A stretch of DNA of 64,000 nt from Podarcis cretensis (taxonomy: Eukaryota). The notes beneath the pieces are model-generated. The model was not told where the DNA came from, searched no databases, and saw only the letters and a program-made list of their open reading frames with translations. Made by a program: the position numbers and the translations under genes. Shown piece after piece: positions 22,601 through 34,603 of the stretch (within the stretch, counting starts at the first letter, position 1; every line of letters starts with the position of its first letter). Location of the stretch: contig OX638161.1 of the NCBI GenBank assembly GCA_951804945.1, forward strand, positions 47,244,001 to 47,308,000, given 5' to 3'.

Positions 22601-25600
22601 ATATGTAGTGCTGTTTTCTAAAAAAAAATGTTTAGGGTGTTCCCATTTTGACTCAAGAAAAATCACAATTTTATAGTTCAAATAGGGAAACATAAATACA
22701 GTAAATGAAAATGTACAAAGATTCACAAAATGTTTAGGGGTATGCATCCTCCTGTGTCCCCCCAGAAAAAAGCACTGTGTATATGCATATGTATATATGC
22801 AAACTGATCTGAAACGCAAGTGAACAGACAGCTAAATAAAACTAGCATATTGACAAAAGCATAGAGGACTCCTGCAACACCTTCAAGACTGAACAATACT
22901 CTATTCCATAAGCTTTCCTGGACCCCCATCATGTTCAGAATATGAGTATTCATCAGTACTATAGTTGCAGGTTTATAGGAACACATATAGATATATAAAT
23001 GCAGAGAGACATGGTGCAGGAGTGCCAACAGAGGGAAAGGAAATGCAGAAACTGCAGACAATGAAAATAACATAATTAATGTAAGGATACCAAATCACTC
23101 AAAAGACTGCGAAATAAATTCATTCTGCTAGGATGCTTAGAGTTGAAAGTGCAGAGGAGAAAAAGGTAGAACCCAGTCTCATTCATTAAAATATTCCCAC
23201 CATTATTATTATTAATAATAATACCTCAATACATATACAAAATGTTTGCATAATATTCCATATACATAATACTTGTAAATTTATATTTTTCATTTTATTA
23301 TGTATCAAAATTTAGTCATTTCTTACTTGCATTTTATCTTTCCCTATGTCATAACCCTGTGTCTTCCCTTCACCCATGTATGACTTCCTAATTTTTATAT
23401 TATAACTTTATTATTGTGGTTGTACTCTTATATGTTAATAATTTAAACATGCATTCTTGTATTTCTGTTTATATTAACTGTGTGACATCAATCTAACCAT
23501 GTATTCGTCTACACATTTCCATTCCTGTTTGAGATTTTGGTTACATTGCATTCTAATTGTTGCTGTCAATTTTGCTAATTCAATCAATTAGAAAAAAATT
23601 ACGTTGCCAATCTGGCACTGAGGGTACTTCTTCAGATTTCCAATTTTTGGCAACCAGTAACATAGTGGCAGCTGTTGCATATAGAAAAATTTTCTTCATG
23701 TCTTTGGGGATGTCATTTGTTATGATTTCTTGAAGGAATTCTTGTGGCTTTTTACCAATTGTTATTCTAAACATTCTTTTCAATTCCTCATGTAGATTTT
23801 CCCCAAAATTTTATCACATCTCCACCAGACGTGATACAAAGATCCTTCTGACACCTTACATCTCCAACACAACTTCGGTGGTAATTTATAAATTTTGGCA
23901 AGTTTTACAAGGGTTAAATACCACCTGTAAAACATCTTCATAATACAGTGGTACCTCAGGTTAAGTACTTAATTCGTTCCGGAGGTCTGTTCTTAACCTG
24001 AAACTGTTCTTAACCTGAAGCACCACTTTAGCTAATGGGGCCTCCTGCTGCCGCCATGCCGCAAGAGAACGATTTCTGTTCTCCTCATGAAGCAAAGTTC
24101 TTAACCTAAAGCACTATTTCTGGGTTAGCGGAGTCTGTAACCTGAAGTGTATGTAACTTGAAGTGTATGTAACCCGAGGCACCACTGTATTTTCTTTGAT
24201 AGTGTTACATGCAGTGAAATTAATATCTGATTTACATAGTTTTTTCCATAGGTCTAGTGGAATCATGTATCCAAAGTCTTGTCCCCACTTGATTATTTAT
24301 TACTTCGTTAATTTGTTCATCTTTGAGTTCCCAATCGAGATCCTTTTTGGAATTATTCAAGAGTTCTAGCTGGAATTTTGATTCTTCTTTTTGGAAACCA
24401 ATTTTATTATCAGAGTTAAATTTATCATATAATTGACGATATTGTAGCCAAGTGGTAGAAATCTGTCTAAGGTCTTCATAATCCCACCTCTCTTTTTATA
24501 TCTTCCCTAATGACAGTATAAAAACCAAGTTCTATCAGAACATCCTGGCCATTGTGTTTGCGATAAAAGAGATCAATGACAATTCAAAGATCTTGCCCAA
24601 TGTCACGCTTGGTTTCCACATCTATGACAGCTACTTCAATGCAAGAATGACCTATCGAACCATTTTGGACCTTCTCTTCAAATGGCAAAGATTTGTCCCC
24701 AACTACATATGTGACACTCAGAAAAACCTCATGGCTGTGATTGGGGGACTTACTTCTGACACTTCTATCCACATGGCAGATATCTTAAGTCTCTACAGGA
24801 TTCCACAGGTAGAATCAGTACATAGGGGAATATGGGGGAGTTTCCTTTGCCATAATTTTATTCAGAAACAAAAGAGAAATATTTGTGTGAGGTAGAAATA
24901 ACCTGGAAATCTCATTATTTCCACCTAACTAGAAATCCAGTCAGTATTTTTTTTTTTTAAAAAAAAACATTAATTCCAACTTGGACTACAAATTTCTTAA
25001 GGAAATGTTGTACCAAATTATCACTTTCTTTTAGGTCACCTATGGCTCATTTGCTTCAGAGGAGAGTCAATCAATGCAGAGGTCTTTTTATATCATGGTC
25101 CCAAATGAAGACCTTCAATATATAGGGATTATCCGGTTACTTCAGTACTTCAGATGGAAGTGGGTGGGGATATTTGTTGCCAAATATGACAGTGGAGAAC
25201 ATTTTTTGAAGATCCTGGAGCCATTGTTTAGCCAGAATGGAATCTGTTCAGCCTTCACAAAAACGATCCCACTTCAAGCTCGTATAGAAGATCTGGAAAA
25301 ACTATTTGGTGAAATTGAAAGTATTTATGAAGGTCTCACAGATGAAAAGGCTAGTACAGTTATCATCTATGGAACCGATGGGACAATATCATGGCTGAGA
25401 ATGGCTATCTTTATAATAAATAATAGAAATCAGATGGACACATCATTTGGAAAGGTCTGGATCATCACAGCCCAGATAGATTTTGTATCATTCGGATTTC
25501 AGAGAAAATGGGATTTTCAGCTGTTCCAAGGTGCCCTTTCCTTTACAATTCACTCAGAAGAACTTCTAGAGTTCAACCAATTCCTTCAGAACATCCAAAC

Positions 25601-28600
25601 ACACAGGAGCAAAGCAGATGGCTTTTGGAAGGACTTCTGGGAGCAGGCATTTGACTGTCTCTATCCTGATCCAGGTATGCCTGCCAACAATGATGGAACA
25701 TGTACTGGAGAGGAGAGGCTGGAAAGTCTCCCTGCAGGTTTTTTTGAAATGCACATGACTGGGCAGAGCTACGGTATCTATAATGCTGTCCATGCTGTAG
25801 CTCACACTTTGCATGCCATTTCCTCATCCAGATCCCCACACAGAACAGTGACCGTTGGTTACAGTGTTGGATTTCCATCTCTGCAGCCTTGGAAGGTAAT
25901 GTTGCAGAGCCAAATATTCTCATGTCAATGGATCTATTAGGAGAAAGAACACAGGAAGTTTCTTTTCCCAAGTTAGGCCTTTCAGTCATCTGTTTCAGTA
26001 TTGTGTACTCTTGTTGTTGTTGTTGTTTAGTCGTTTAGTCATGTCCGACTCTTTGTGACGCCACGGACCAGAGCACGCCAGGCACTTCTGTCTTCCACTG
26101 CCTCCCGCAGTTTGGTCAAACTCATGCTGGTAGCTTCGAGAACACCATTCAACCATCTCGACTTCTGTCATCCCCTTCTCCTTGTGCCCTCAATCTATTG
26201 TGTAGTCTAGACCTTTCTAAACTTGGGTCTCCAGCTGTTTTTGGACTTCCATTACCATCATCCCTGACCACTGGTCCTGCTAGCTAGGGATGATGTCAAT
26301 GGACTGATTAGCAGAAGGACAAGAAGTTGTTGTATGCTAAGTTAGGCCTCACATCCATCTGTTTCAGTGTTCTGTACTCTGTCTGGTTTGGGATGTCCAG
26401 GGTTTGAGACAATATGAGATTCCCAGTCTCACTGAAGATTCTGGGGATTGAATCTGGGCCTTTCCATGCAAGGAGATGCTCAACCAGTGAGCTGCTCCCC
26501 TTTACAGCTCCTCTTCTCATATTAAAAAAAAAAACAGATGATAAAGTATTCTGCATCTTAGTCATGGTTACACTCTTCCTGGTTTACATTTCACCATGTA
26601 ACTTGACCTTGTAATCTGTTCCACTTGGAACCTCAAATAGTTTGATTCTTCTTTTTCTTTTTAAATAGATCAACTCATTTCTTCAAGGTGTTTCCTTTAA
26701 CAACTCAGCTGGAGAAACGGTATCATTTAGTGATAACAGGGAAATGAGAGGAGGATTTGATATCATGAATCTGGTCACATTCCCAAACACGTCTTTCCAG
26801 AGAGTGAAAGTTGGATCGGTGGGTCTCAGTGATAGAGGAGATAAGGAGTTAATCCTCCATATGAACAAAATTCTATGGCACCAAAGTTTTAACCAGGTAT
26901 GGCTTGGAGTTACGAAACTGCACAGAGCTTGCAGGTATGACTAAAGTTACTAAATAACAGCAAGCATAGCAACAATGATGTCTAGTGCATTCAGAAATAT
27001 GATGCGAAATTGATATGCCAAATTTCCCTTTTTTCACTTTGAAATCAGTATTACCTTGAAAGTGCACTAAAAATAAAGCATAAGATTTTCCTGTGGGTGC
27101 CATGTAGGAAAGCACTTCTACCCCAAACTTTCCCATATTTTTGTACAGGTGCTTCCCTCTTCTTTGTGCAATGAACCCTGCCACTCTGGTCATCAGAAGA
27201 AAGGGAAGGAAGGGGAAAAGTTTTGTTGCTATGATTGTACTCCCTGCCCAGAGGGGAAGATTTCAAACCAGACTGGTAGGTAAAGCTCTTGCATCCTGAT
27301 GACCAAATAAAGAAACTGACACGCAGGGTGGGCTTGAGCTTGGCCACTTTTATTTAGTGAAAATAACAAGATCAGCAGACGAGGATAAATTCTAAAGGCA
27401 GAATTGTAACCATTGGGTGACACACAGGGCTTTTAAAAAGCCAGAACACACTGGAAATCAGTGCTGGTACCTCTCAGAGAATGAGGGAGCTGTTCATGGT
27501 GAGTTGAAGCTATTGATTCCTTCCCTAACTGGTCAGTTTTGGAGCAGAGCCTGTTCCCCTTCAATACATAAATCCTGAAACAAAGAAGCCCTGTGAGAGG
27601 CATCATCTTTGGAGGAAACTCAAAGCAAACTAAGGCATAGGAGGAATTAGGAGCATGGCAACCCAGTGATACGGGTCACCACGGGACGCGGTTGGCGCTG
27701 TGGGTTAAACCACAGAGCCTAGGACTTGCTGATCAGAAGGTTAGTGGTTCAAATCCCTGACACAGGATGAGATCCTGTTGCTCGGTCCCTGCTCCTGCCA
27801 ACCTAGCAGTTCGAAAGCTCATCAAAGTGCAAGTAGTGGGATGGTAAACGGCATTTCCGTGCGCTGCTCTAGTCATGCTGGCCAGATGACTCGGAAGCTG
27901 TACACCAGCTCCCTTGGCCAATAAAGCGAGATGAGCACCACAACCCCAGAGTCTGTCACGACTGGACCCAATGGTCAGGGGTCCCTTTACCTAACCCAGT
28001 GACAACCTAGGCATACCCTGAATTGACAGGAGCTATGAAAGGCAAAGCCTTAGGACAGCAAAGGAAAGCATTTGCTCTCATACAATCTCTGGTCACGTAT
28101 TGATTCTGAAACTCTGCCTGACCCTGTTTTGCTTTGCAATTGTGCTAGCAGATTAATTGCTGCTTCACCAGAGGATGCAAGAGTCCTCAGGTATCAATCC
28201 AGCTATGATTGTGGGAGTGAGAATAACCAAAAGCTCCAGCAAAGGAGAGAAAACTGTGATATGCTAGAATGTGGTTCTTCAAAAGATAGCTACTAGCAGG
28301 CTGCAAGTAAAAGGGAGCAGAGAGAGGCCCTTGCAGTAATAAAGAAGTGTTAGAAGGGCTGGGAATCAAATCAAAGATTTGTTCCTCATATAAGGCCCTA
28401 AAGCAGACCTCCCCATCTCATACCACTTTTAAATGTGGCAATATGTTCACTGCTGGTTGGTGTGCTGCCTCTCATTGCCAATGTGCCACTAATGTACCTC
28501 GGTAGCCAGTCCTGGAGTGGAACAGCCATAATGTACAATTTGTCACAATACATGGTTCATTCAATGGGCTAGGTCAGATGAATTGGTGCTGGATTTCTAT

Positions 28601-29527
28601 ATATACATTTCATTATTTTTCTCAGATATGGACGTATGTTTCAATTGCCCAGAAGATCAATATTCAAACAAGAAGAGAAATGGATGCATCCCCAAAGTTA
28701 TACATTTTCTGTCCTATAAAGAACCTTTAGGAATCACCTTAGCCACAGTTTGTGTCTTATGTTCTTTGATTACAGCTTTGGTGTTGGCTATTTTTATCCA
28801 GCACAAAGATACCCCCATAGTCATCGCCAACAACCGAGAGCTCACCTACACTCTCCTGGTCTCCCTCCTGTTCTGCTTCCTCTCCTCTTTGCTTTTTCTC
28901 GGCCAACCTGGGAAAGTGACCTGCCTTCTACAACAACCTGCTTTTGGCATCATCTTCTCCGTAGCTGTTTCTTGTGTGTTGGCCAAGACAATCATTGTTT
29001 CTTTAGCATTCATAGCCACAAAGCCAGGATCTAAGATGAAGAAATGGGTGGGAAAGAGATTGGCTCATTCCATTGTCCTTTCAGCTTCCCTCATTCAAGT
29101 TGTTATCTGTACTCTGTGGCTGATAATATCTCCCCCCTTCCCTGATCTAGACATGAAATCAGTAGCTGAAGAAACCATTGTGCAATGTAACGTTGGGTCT
29201 GTCACCATGTTCTATTGTGTTTTAGGCTACATGGGCCTCTTGGCCATTGCTAGTTTCATTGTGGCCTTCCTGGCCCGCAAGTTACCTGACAGTTTTAATG
29301 AAGCCCAGTTCATCACCTTCAGTATGTTAGCATTTTGCAGTGTTTGGGTCTGTTTTGTTCCAACCTACCTGAGCACAAGAGGGAAACACATGGTGGCTGT
29401 GGAGATCTTCTCCATCTTGGCCTCCAGTGCTGGGTTACTGGCTTGTATCTTTTCCCCAAAATGCTACATCATTGTGCTGAGGCCTGAACTGAACAACAGG
29501 AATCAATTAATACGAAGAAAGGATTAA
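19656..29527 (+). CDS. V2R gene B, 6 exons, about 873 aa
   Basis: Exons 19656-19867, 24517-24808, 25035-25895, 26669-26896, 27149-27275, 28626-29527 (212+292+861+228+127+902=2622 nt, open frame). GT-AG sites and V2R motifs as in gene A. Confidence 0.93.
19971..22150 (-). mobile_element. L2-clade LINE fragment in intron 1 of gene B (internal inversion, nested SINE)
   Basis: Same motifs and same intronic position as in genes A, C and D, but extends further 5' ([12 protein letters not shown]). Confidence 0.82.
21250..21613 (-). mobile_element. Sauria SINE, full length, young
   Basis: (AAGGTA)n = (ACCTTT)n tail, and a tRNA-like B box seen as GGATTCGAACC. 15-bp TSD TGTGCCAAAACCATA (21235-21249 and 21614-21628). 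Confidence 0.9.
22468..22538 (+). mobile_element. Sauria SINE 3' fragment
   Basis: GAGCGCCACAACC...CAGGGGTCCTTTACCTTTTTACCTTTAC tail. Confidence 0.65.
22606..22777. mobile_element. hAT-type MITE
   Basis: TAGTGCTGTTTT...AAAAAAGCACTG termini and a perfect 8-bp TSD TGTATATG. Confidence 0.75.
23178..24490 (-). mobile_element. L1-clade LINE, 3' end of ORF2 plus 3' UTR, in intron 1 of gene B
   Basis: Zinc knuckle [18 protein letters not shown] followed by ...[18 protein letters not shown]-rich 3' UTR. Absent from the other paralogues. Confidence 0.8.
23946..24187. mobile_element. Tc1/mariner (Tigger/pogo-like) MITE nested in the L1 fragment
   Basis: TIRs CAGTGGTACCTC...GAGGCACCACTG with a TA duplication on both sides. 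Confidence 0.85.
26012..26195 (-). mobile_element. Bov-B/RTE LINE 3' end in intron 3 of gene B
   Basis: (TTG)n tail followed by TTTAGTCGTTTAGTCATGTCCGACTCTTTGTGAC. 13-bp TSD TATTGTGTACTCT/TATTGTGTAGTCT. Confidence 0.8.
27670..27992 (+). mobile_element. Sauria SINE in intron 5 of gene B
   Basis: GGGACGCGG...GGCGCTGTGGGTTAAACC head, GGTTCAAATCC B box and CCCTTTACCT end. 10-bp TSD AACCCAGTGA. The empty site is at about 13763 in gene A. Confidence 0.88.
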
Positions 29528-31422
29528 GCCATCTGTCTTCGCTCATCATACCTTAACTGGTGTTGGAGAAGGCAGCTGAGAGAAAGTACATGCATACAAC
29601 ATTAGTTATAGACATTCATTTTGAAGTTATCATTACATTTTACTATAAAGTATAAGATGCATTTCAGTTTCCCTGTTAGGGTACATTACCAAATGCTTTG
29701 TTCAGCTGTCTGACAGGTTCTTTGATGAAATATTGGTATTTAAGGGATATTGAAATAGCTGAATATTTCTATGTCACACACGTATTTTTGATTGTCATAT
29801 AATGGACTCCCTTTTCTACTCAGGCCTTCATTGGACATTGGTAGCTGTGATGGCTTCCTTCATTACTGTATTTGAATTTCTCATTTTATCAGTTGAGAAA
29901 ACAAACCTATTTGTGTTTTATTACATGTGCTGTGGTTTCTTTCTCTTTCTTTATTCTGGGAGTGAATATGAGTTGGGATTTTGACTCAGTCCAGCGGTGT
30001 TCCTTTTCCCCCCACCATGCTCTTCAACATGTCAGTCAGTTTTGCGAGTGCTGATCTTGGGGTGAAGTCTCATCAATATCCTGATGGAGCTAAGACTTCT
30101 TCTCCCTGACCTAAGAATTAGCTGCTTGATTGGTGTCTGGAGTCATTCATGGGCAAATAAGGGTCTGAGAATAAAGCTAAACATAGAGGTGTGTGGAGTA
30201 TGGCTCTTGTATCTGGGAAGCAGGAAGGTGACCTCTTCTAGATGGGTTGTCCTACCCTTGACAGTACAGGTGCATCATCTGGTGCAGATATTCCAGACTG
30301 TGATTTGAAACCTCTTGCCATCTTTGGAGGCTGCCTTTTTCTATGAAACTCATCCTGTACCCACTTACTTGGGGGTAATCAATAAACACATGTGACATGC
30401 TTCTTAGTGGACATGTATGCCATAGTACTTGGAGTTAACAGGCTCTGGTCATTATCTGCTGCACAGCAGGAGTCCTGCCTAAATAACACTGCATTCACAT
30501 TTTGTTGAGTTGGTTACCTTAACATGCTGATTGTTTAGCAGTACTTGCAAGAAATTTCTTCTACAGGGTTGTACTCGAATGAACCAACCTTAGAAAGGTG
30601 CATAATGAGGGGAGAATGAGGGGCAAATTATGGAAATTCCTAGAATTCCTAGAGAACAAGATGGAATCAAAGGAAACCCACTGAAAGGTAGTCGGGAAGC
30701 AAAAACTCAAAAAGACTTCAAATATTCCCTCTGGTGCTGAAGCAACTCATGTATCATTCACAGCTCTGACTTCATTTGTTGGCTGAAAACACTGACAGAA
30801 GCAAACAAGGAAGCTCCTATCTTTTAAAAAAAAAATGCAGGGAAGTGTAACTGAACATGTCATCTATTTCTTTCTGGGACATATTGTGGATTACTTTTTT
30901 AAAACTAAAGTTCAGAATCTGGGGTCCTGGTCTGGGCTTCACTCAACATAAAACTGTTGCACTCAAATTCCCCAGTTGCATTCCTGAAGGGACCAGGTCC
31001 AACTATGATTTAGAAAGTTTTTGTGCAAATGTGCCACTCAAAGTCCAGGATCTAATAAAGTAATTATCTCCCTCTGCAATTATCTAGATCACAATCATTT
31101 GTTCAGCTAGACAGAGCTCTTAAGAGTTTCCTAAGGACATCCGAAAACACTCAACAATACTCAGCATAATAAGAGTATTAAATATGCTCCTGGGCCAGTG
31201 ACATGTAGGAGTGTTGGGCACAGAGAGAGGGGGAGGTCATTATAGCCAACATTATGATGGTTGTGATGATGATGATGGTTTTAATCATTTAAGCTCATAT
31301 TTACAGCATTTGTACACCTGCTGATGCTAAAATAAGGCTAAGTGTAACCTTCAAGACAGCTCTGTTGAGACATGGAAGACAGGTTAAACTCTACATCTTC
31401 CAAGAGAGAGTTTGAAGCTATC

Positions 31423-34400
31423 ATGGTGAGGCTCTTGATGCTGCTGCTGCTGCCTCACACAATGTGCGAAGTCAAGAGAATGAAGTGCCCTGCAGCTGAT
31501 CCAATCCTTGTGCCCCATGAATGGGGCCAAGCAGGGGACTTCTTCATTGGTGGGATTGTTACTCAGAGTACCTACATTTTTAATGAAGTTTCATTCGAGG
31601 TACATCCTTCTCTGGAGCTGTTTGACATTCCACAGTAAGCAAGAATATTCCCTTCACCACTATTTATTCTATGCATCACTGAATCAGCAATGGACAATAA
31701 CAAACAGCTTTGCATGTGAGATTATATGTTCAAAGATAGTATATTTTGAAATATTTATTTATTTAAACAGAAACCCAATAACACCCCCCCCAAAAAAAAG
31801 AACCACATTTTAAAAGGGCATAGGATGTCAATCAAATCAAGCAAAGGGCTTGTTAAAAATGAATGTTTTTGCCTGGTGCCTAAAGGCGTATAATGGAGGC
31901 GTCAGGCGAACTTCCCTAGGGAGAGAATTCCACAGAAGAGGAGCTACTGCAGAGAAGGGCAGTTCTTGTGTTGCCACCCTCTGGACCTCTTGAGGAAGAG
32001 GCACACGTAGAAGGGCCTCAGAAGACAATCTCAGGGTTCGGGTAGGTTCTTATGGAAAGAAGTGGTCCTTGAAGTATTGCAGTTTTTATGGGCTTTATAG
32101 GTCAAAATCAGCACTTTGAATCAGGCCCCCAACCTCATTGGTAGCCAGTTCAGTTGACCCCTGATCAGTGTAGTAAGCTCAAACCATCTTGCTCTGGTGA
32201 GCAACCTGGCTGCTGAATTCCAAACCAGCTGAAGTTTCCAAACCGTCTTCAGAGGAAGCCCTACATATAACACATTGTGGTAATCTAACTTTGAGGTTAC
32301 CAGAGCATAGACAGCAGTAGTTAGGCTATCCCTCTCCAGATACTGTAGGAGTGTAGCTGGGCCACCAGACAAAGCTGATGGTAGGCACTCAGGGCCACTG
32401 AGGCCGCCTGAGCCTTGAGTGACAGCAAAGGATCCAGGAGTCCCCCGAAGCTACGAACCTGCTCCTTCAGAGGAAGTGTAACCCCATCAAGAGCAAGTGC
32501 TCTCCAACCCATCTGGTCTAGGGAACCACCCACTAACAGTGCCTCTGCCTTATCTGGATAGAGCTTCAGTTTGTTGACTCTTATCCAGTCCATTACTGAG
32601 GCAAGACACTGGTCCAGAACATCCAGTGCCTCTCCTGCAGATGTAAAGGAGGAATACAGCTGAGTGTCGATAGCATACTGCTGACAATGTATTTCAACGC
32701 TCCGGATAATCCCACCCAATGATTTCATATAGACTTTGAAAAACGTAGGGGATAGGATTGTGCCCTGAAAACCCCCACATTGAAGGTTCCATGGGGCTGA
32801 AAAGCATTCTCCAAGTAACACTGTCCGGAATCGACCATCCAAGTAGGAATGGAACCACCACAAAGTGCAGACCCTACCCCTAGTTCAGACAGTCACCCCA
32901 GAAGGATACTAGGGTCAATGGTACTGAAAGCTGCTGAGAGGTCAAGAAGAATTAGCAGGGACATGTTTCCCTTGCCTCTTTCTCAACAGAGGTCATCATA
33001 CAAGGCGACCAAAGCAGTTTCTGTGCCAAAACCATATGGATCCAGAAAATCTTTTTCTTCCCAAAGCAACTGGATCTGGTCTGCAACCACTTGCACCAGA
33101 ACCTTGCTAAGGAAAGGGATATTAGCAATTGGCTGGTAATTAGTTGGGTTTTCTGAATCCAGGGAAGTTATTGAAGGAGTAGTTTTACCACTGCTTCCTT
33201 CAAACAAGCAGGGACCACCCTCTCTCATATAGAGGCACTGATCACTTCCCTGGCCCAACCAACTGTTCCCTCCGTGCTGGTTTTACTAGCCAAGAGGGGC
33301 AAGGGTTCAGAGCGCTGGTGGTCACCCTGACTGATCTGATCACCTTGTTCACATCCTCAAGCCTTACCAACTGAAACTCATCCAAGACAACAGGACTAGA
33401 AGGAGAAGCAGCATGCTTGGTGAGGCAGAGCAAGAAAAATATTCTGCTGACAGTAGGTTCTTCCCTCCCTGCTTACTGAGATTGAGAGCAAGAAAATGGG
33501 GGAGAGGCAGGCATCTGTGCCAGACTGGTACCTCCGTAAGAAACAGTCAACCCTCAAATCCCTTGTTAATCAAATAGAAGAAAATTATAAAATGTATATG
33601 TATATATATTCAAACTGATTTGAAACCCGACTGAACAGAGAGCTAAATAAAACCAATATATTAACATAAGCATAGGGGACTCCTGCCACACCTTAAAGAC
33701 ATAATAATACTTTATTTAGAAGCTTGTGTGGACCCCCATGATGTTCAGGAGATGAGTCTTCCTCAGTAGCAGAATTTCAGGTTTACAGGAATACATATAG
33801 ATATATAAATACAGAGAGGCATGGTGCAGAAGTTCCATCAGAGGGAAAGGAAATTGCCAAAAACCACAGACCATGAAAGTAAAATAATTAATGTAAGGAC
33901 ACCAAATTACTCATTAGACTGTGAAATATTTTTATTCTGCTAAGATGCTGAGAGTTGGAAGTGATGAGGGGGAAAAGCCAGAATCCAAAATAGAGCAGGT
34001 GTGTCAAAGAAACACTGCAAACTGCAAATAACACTGCTCTCCTCGACCATAAAAATGATTTGGCTGAATATGCTTTCAGGAATAGGACATAACAGTCTCA
34101 TGCATGAAAATATGTTCCCTATTGACAGTGTAACCACGAAGTTCTACCAGAACATCTTGGCCTTGGTGTTTGCGATAAAAGAGATCAATGACAATCCGAA
34201 GATCTTGCCTAATGTCACGCTTGGTTTCCACATCTATGACAGCTACTACGATGGGAGAATGACCTATCGAACCATTTTGGACCTTCTCTTCAAATGGCAA
34301 AGATTTGTCCCCAACTACAAATGTGACACTCAGAAAAACCTCATGGCTGTGATTGGGAGATTTACTTCTGACACTTCTATCCACATGGCAGATATATTAA

Positions 34401-34561
34401 GTCTCTACAGGATTCCACAGGTAGTATCAGTGCATAGGAGAATGTGAGGAAGATTCCTTTACTATTCTGTTAATCAGAAGCGAAAGAGAAATATTAGTGT
34501 GAGATAGAAATAACCTGGAAATTTCATTATTTCCCCATAACTAGAAATCCAGTCAGTATTA

Positions 34562-34603
<42 letters not shown>

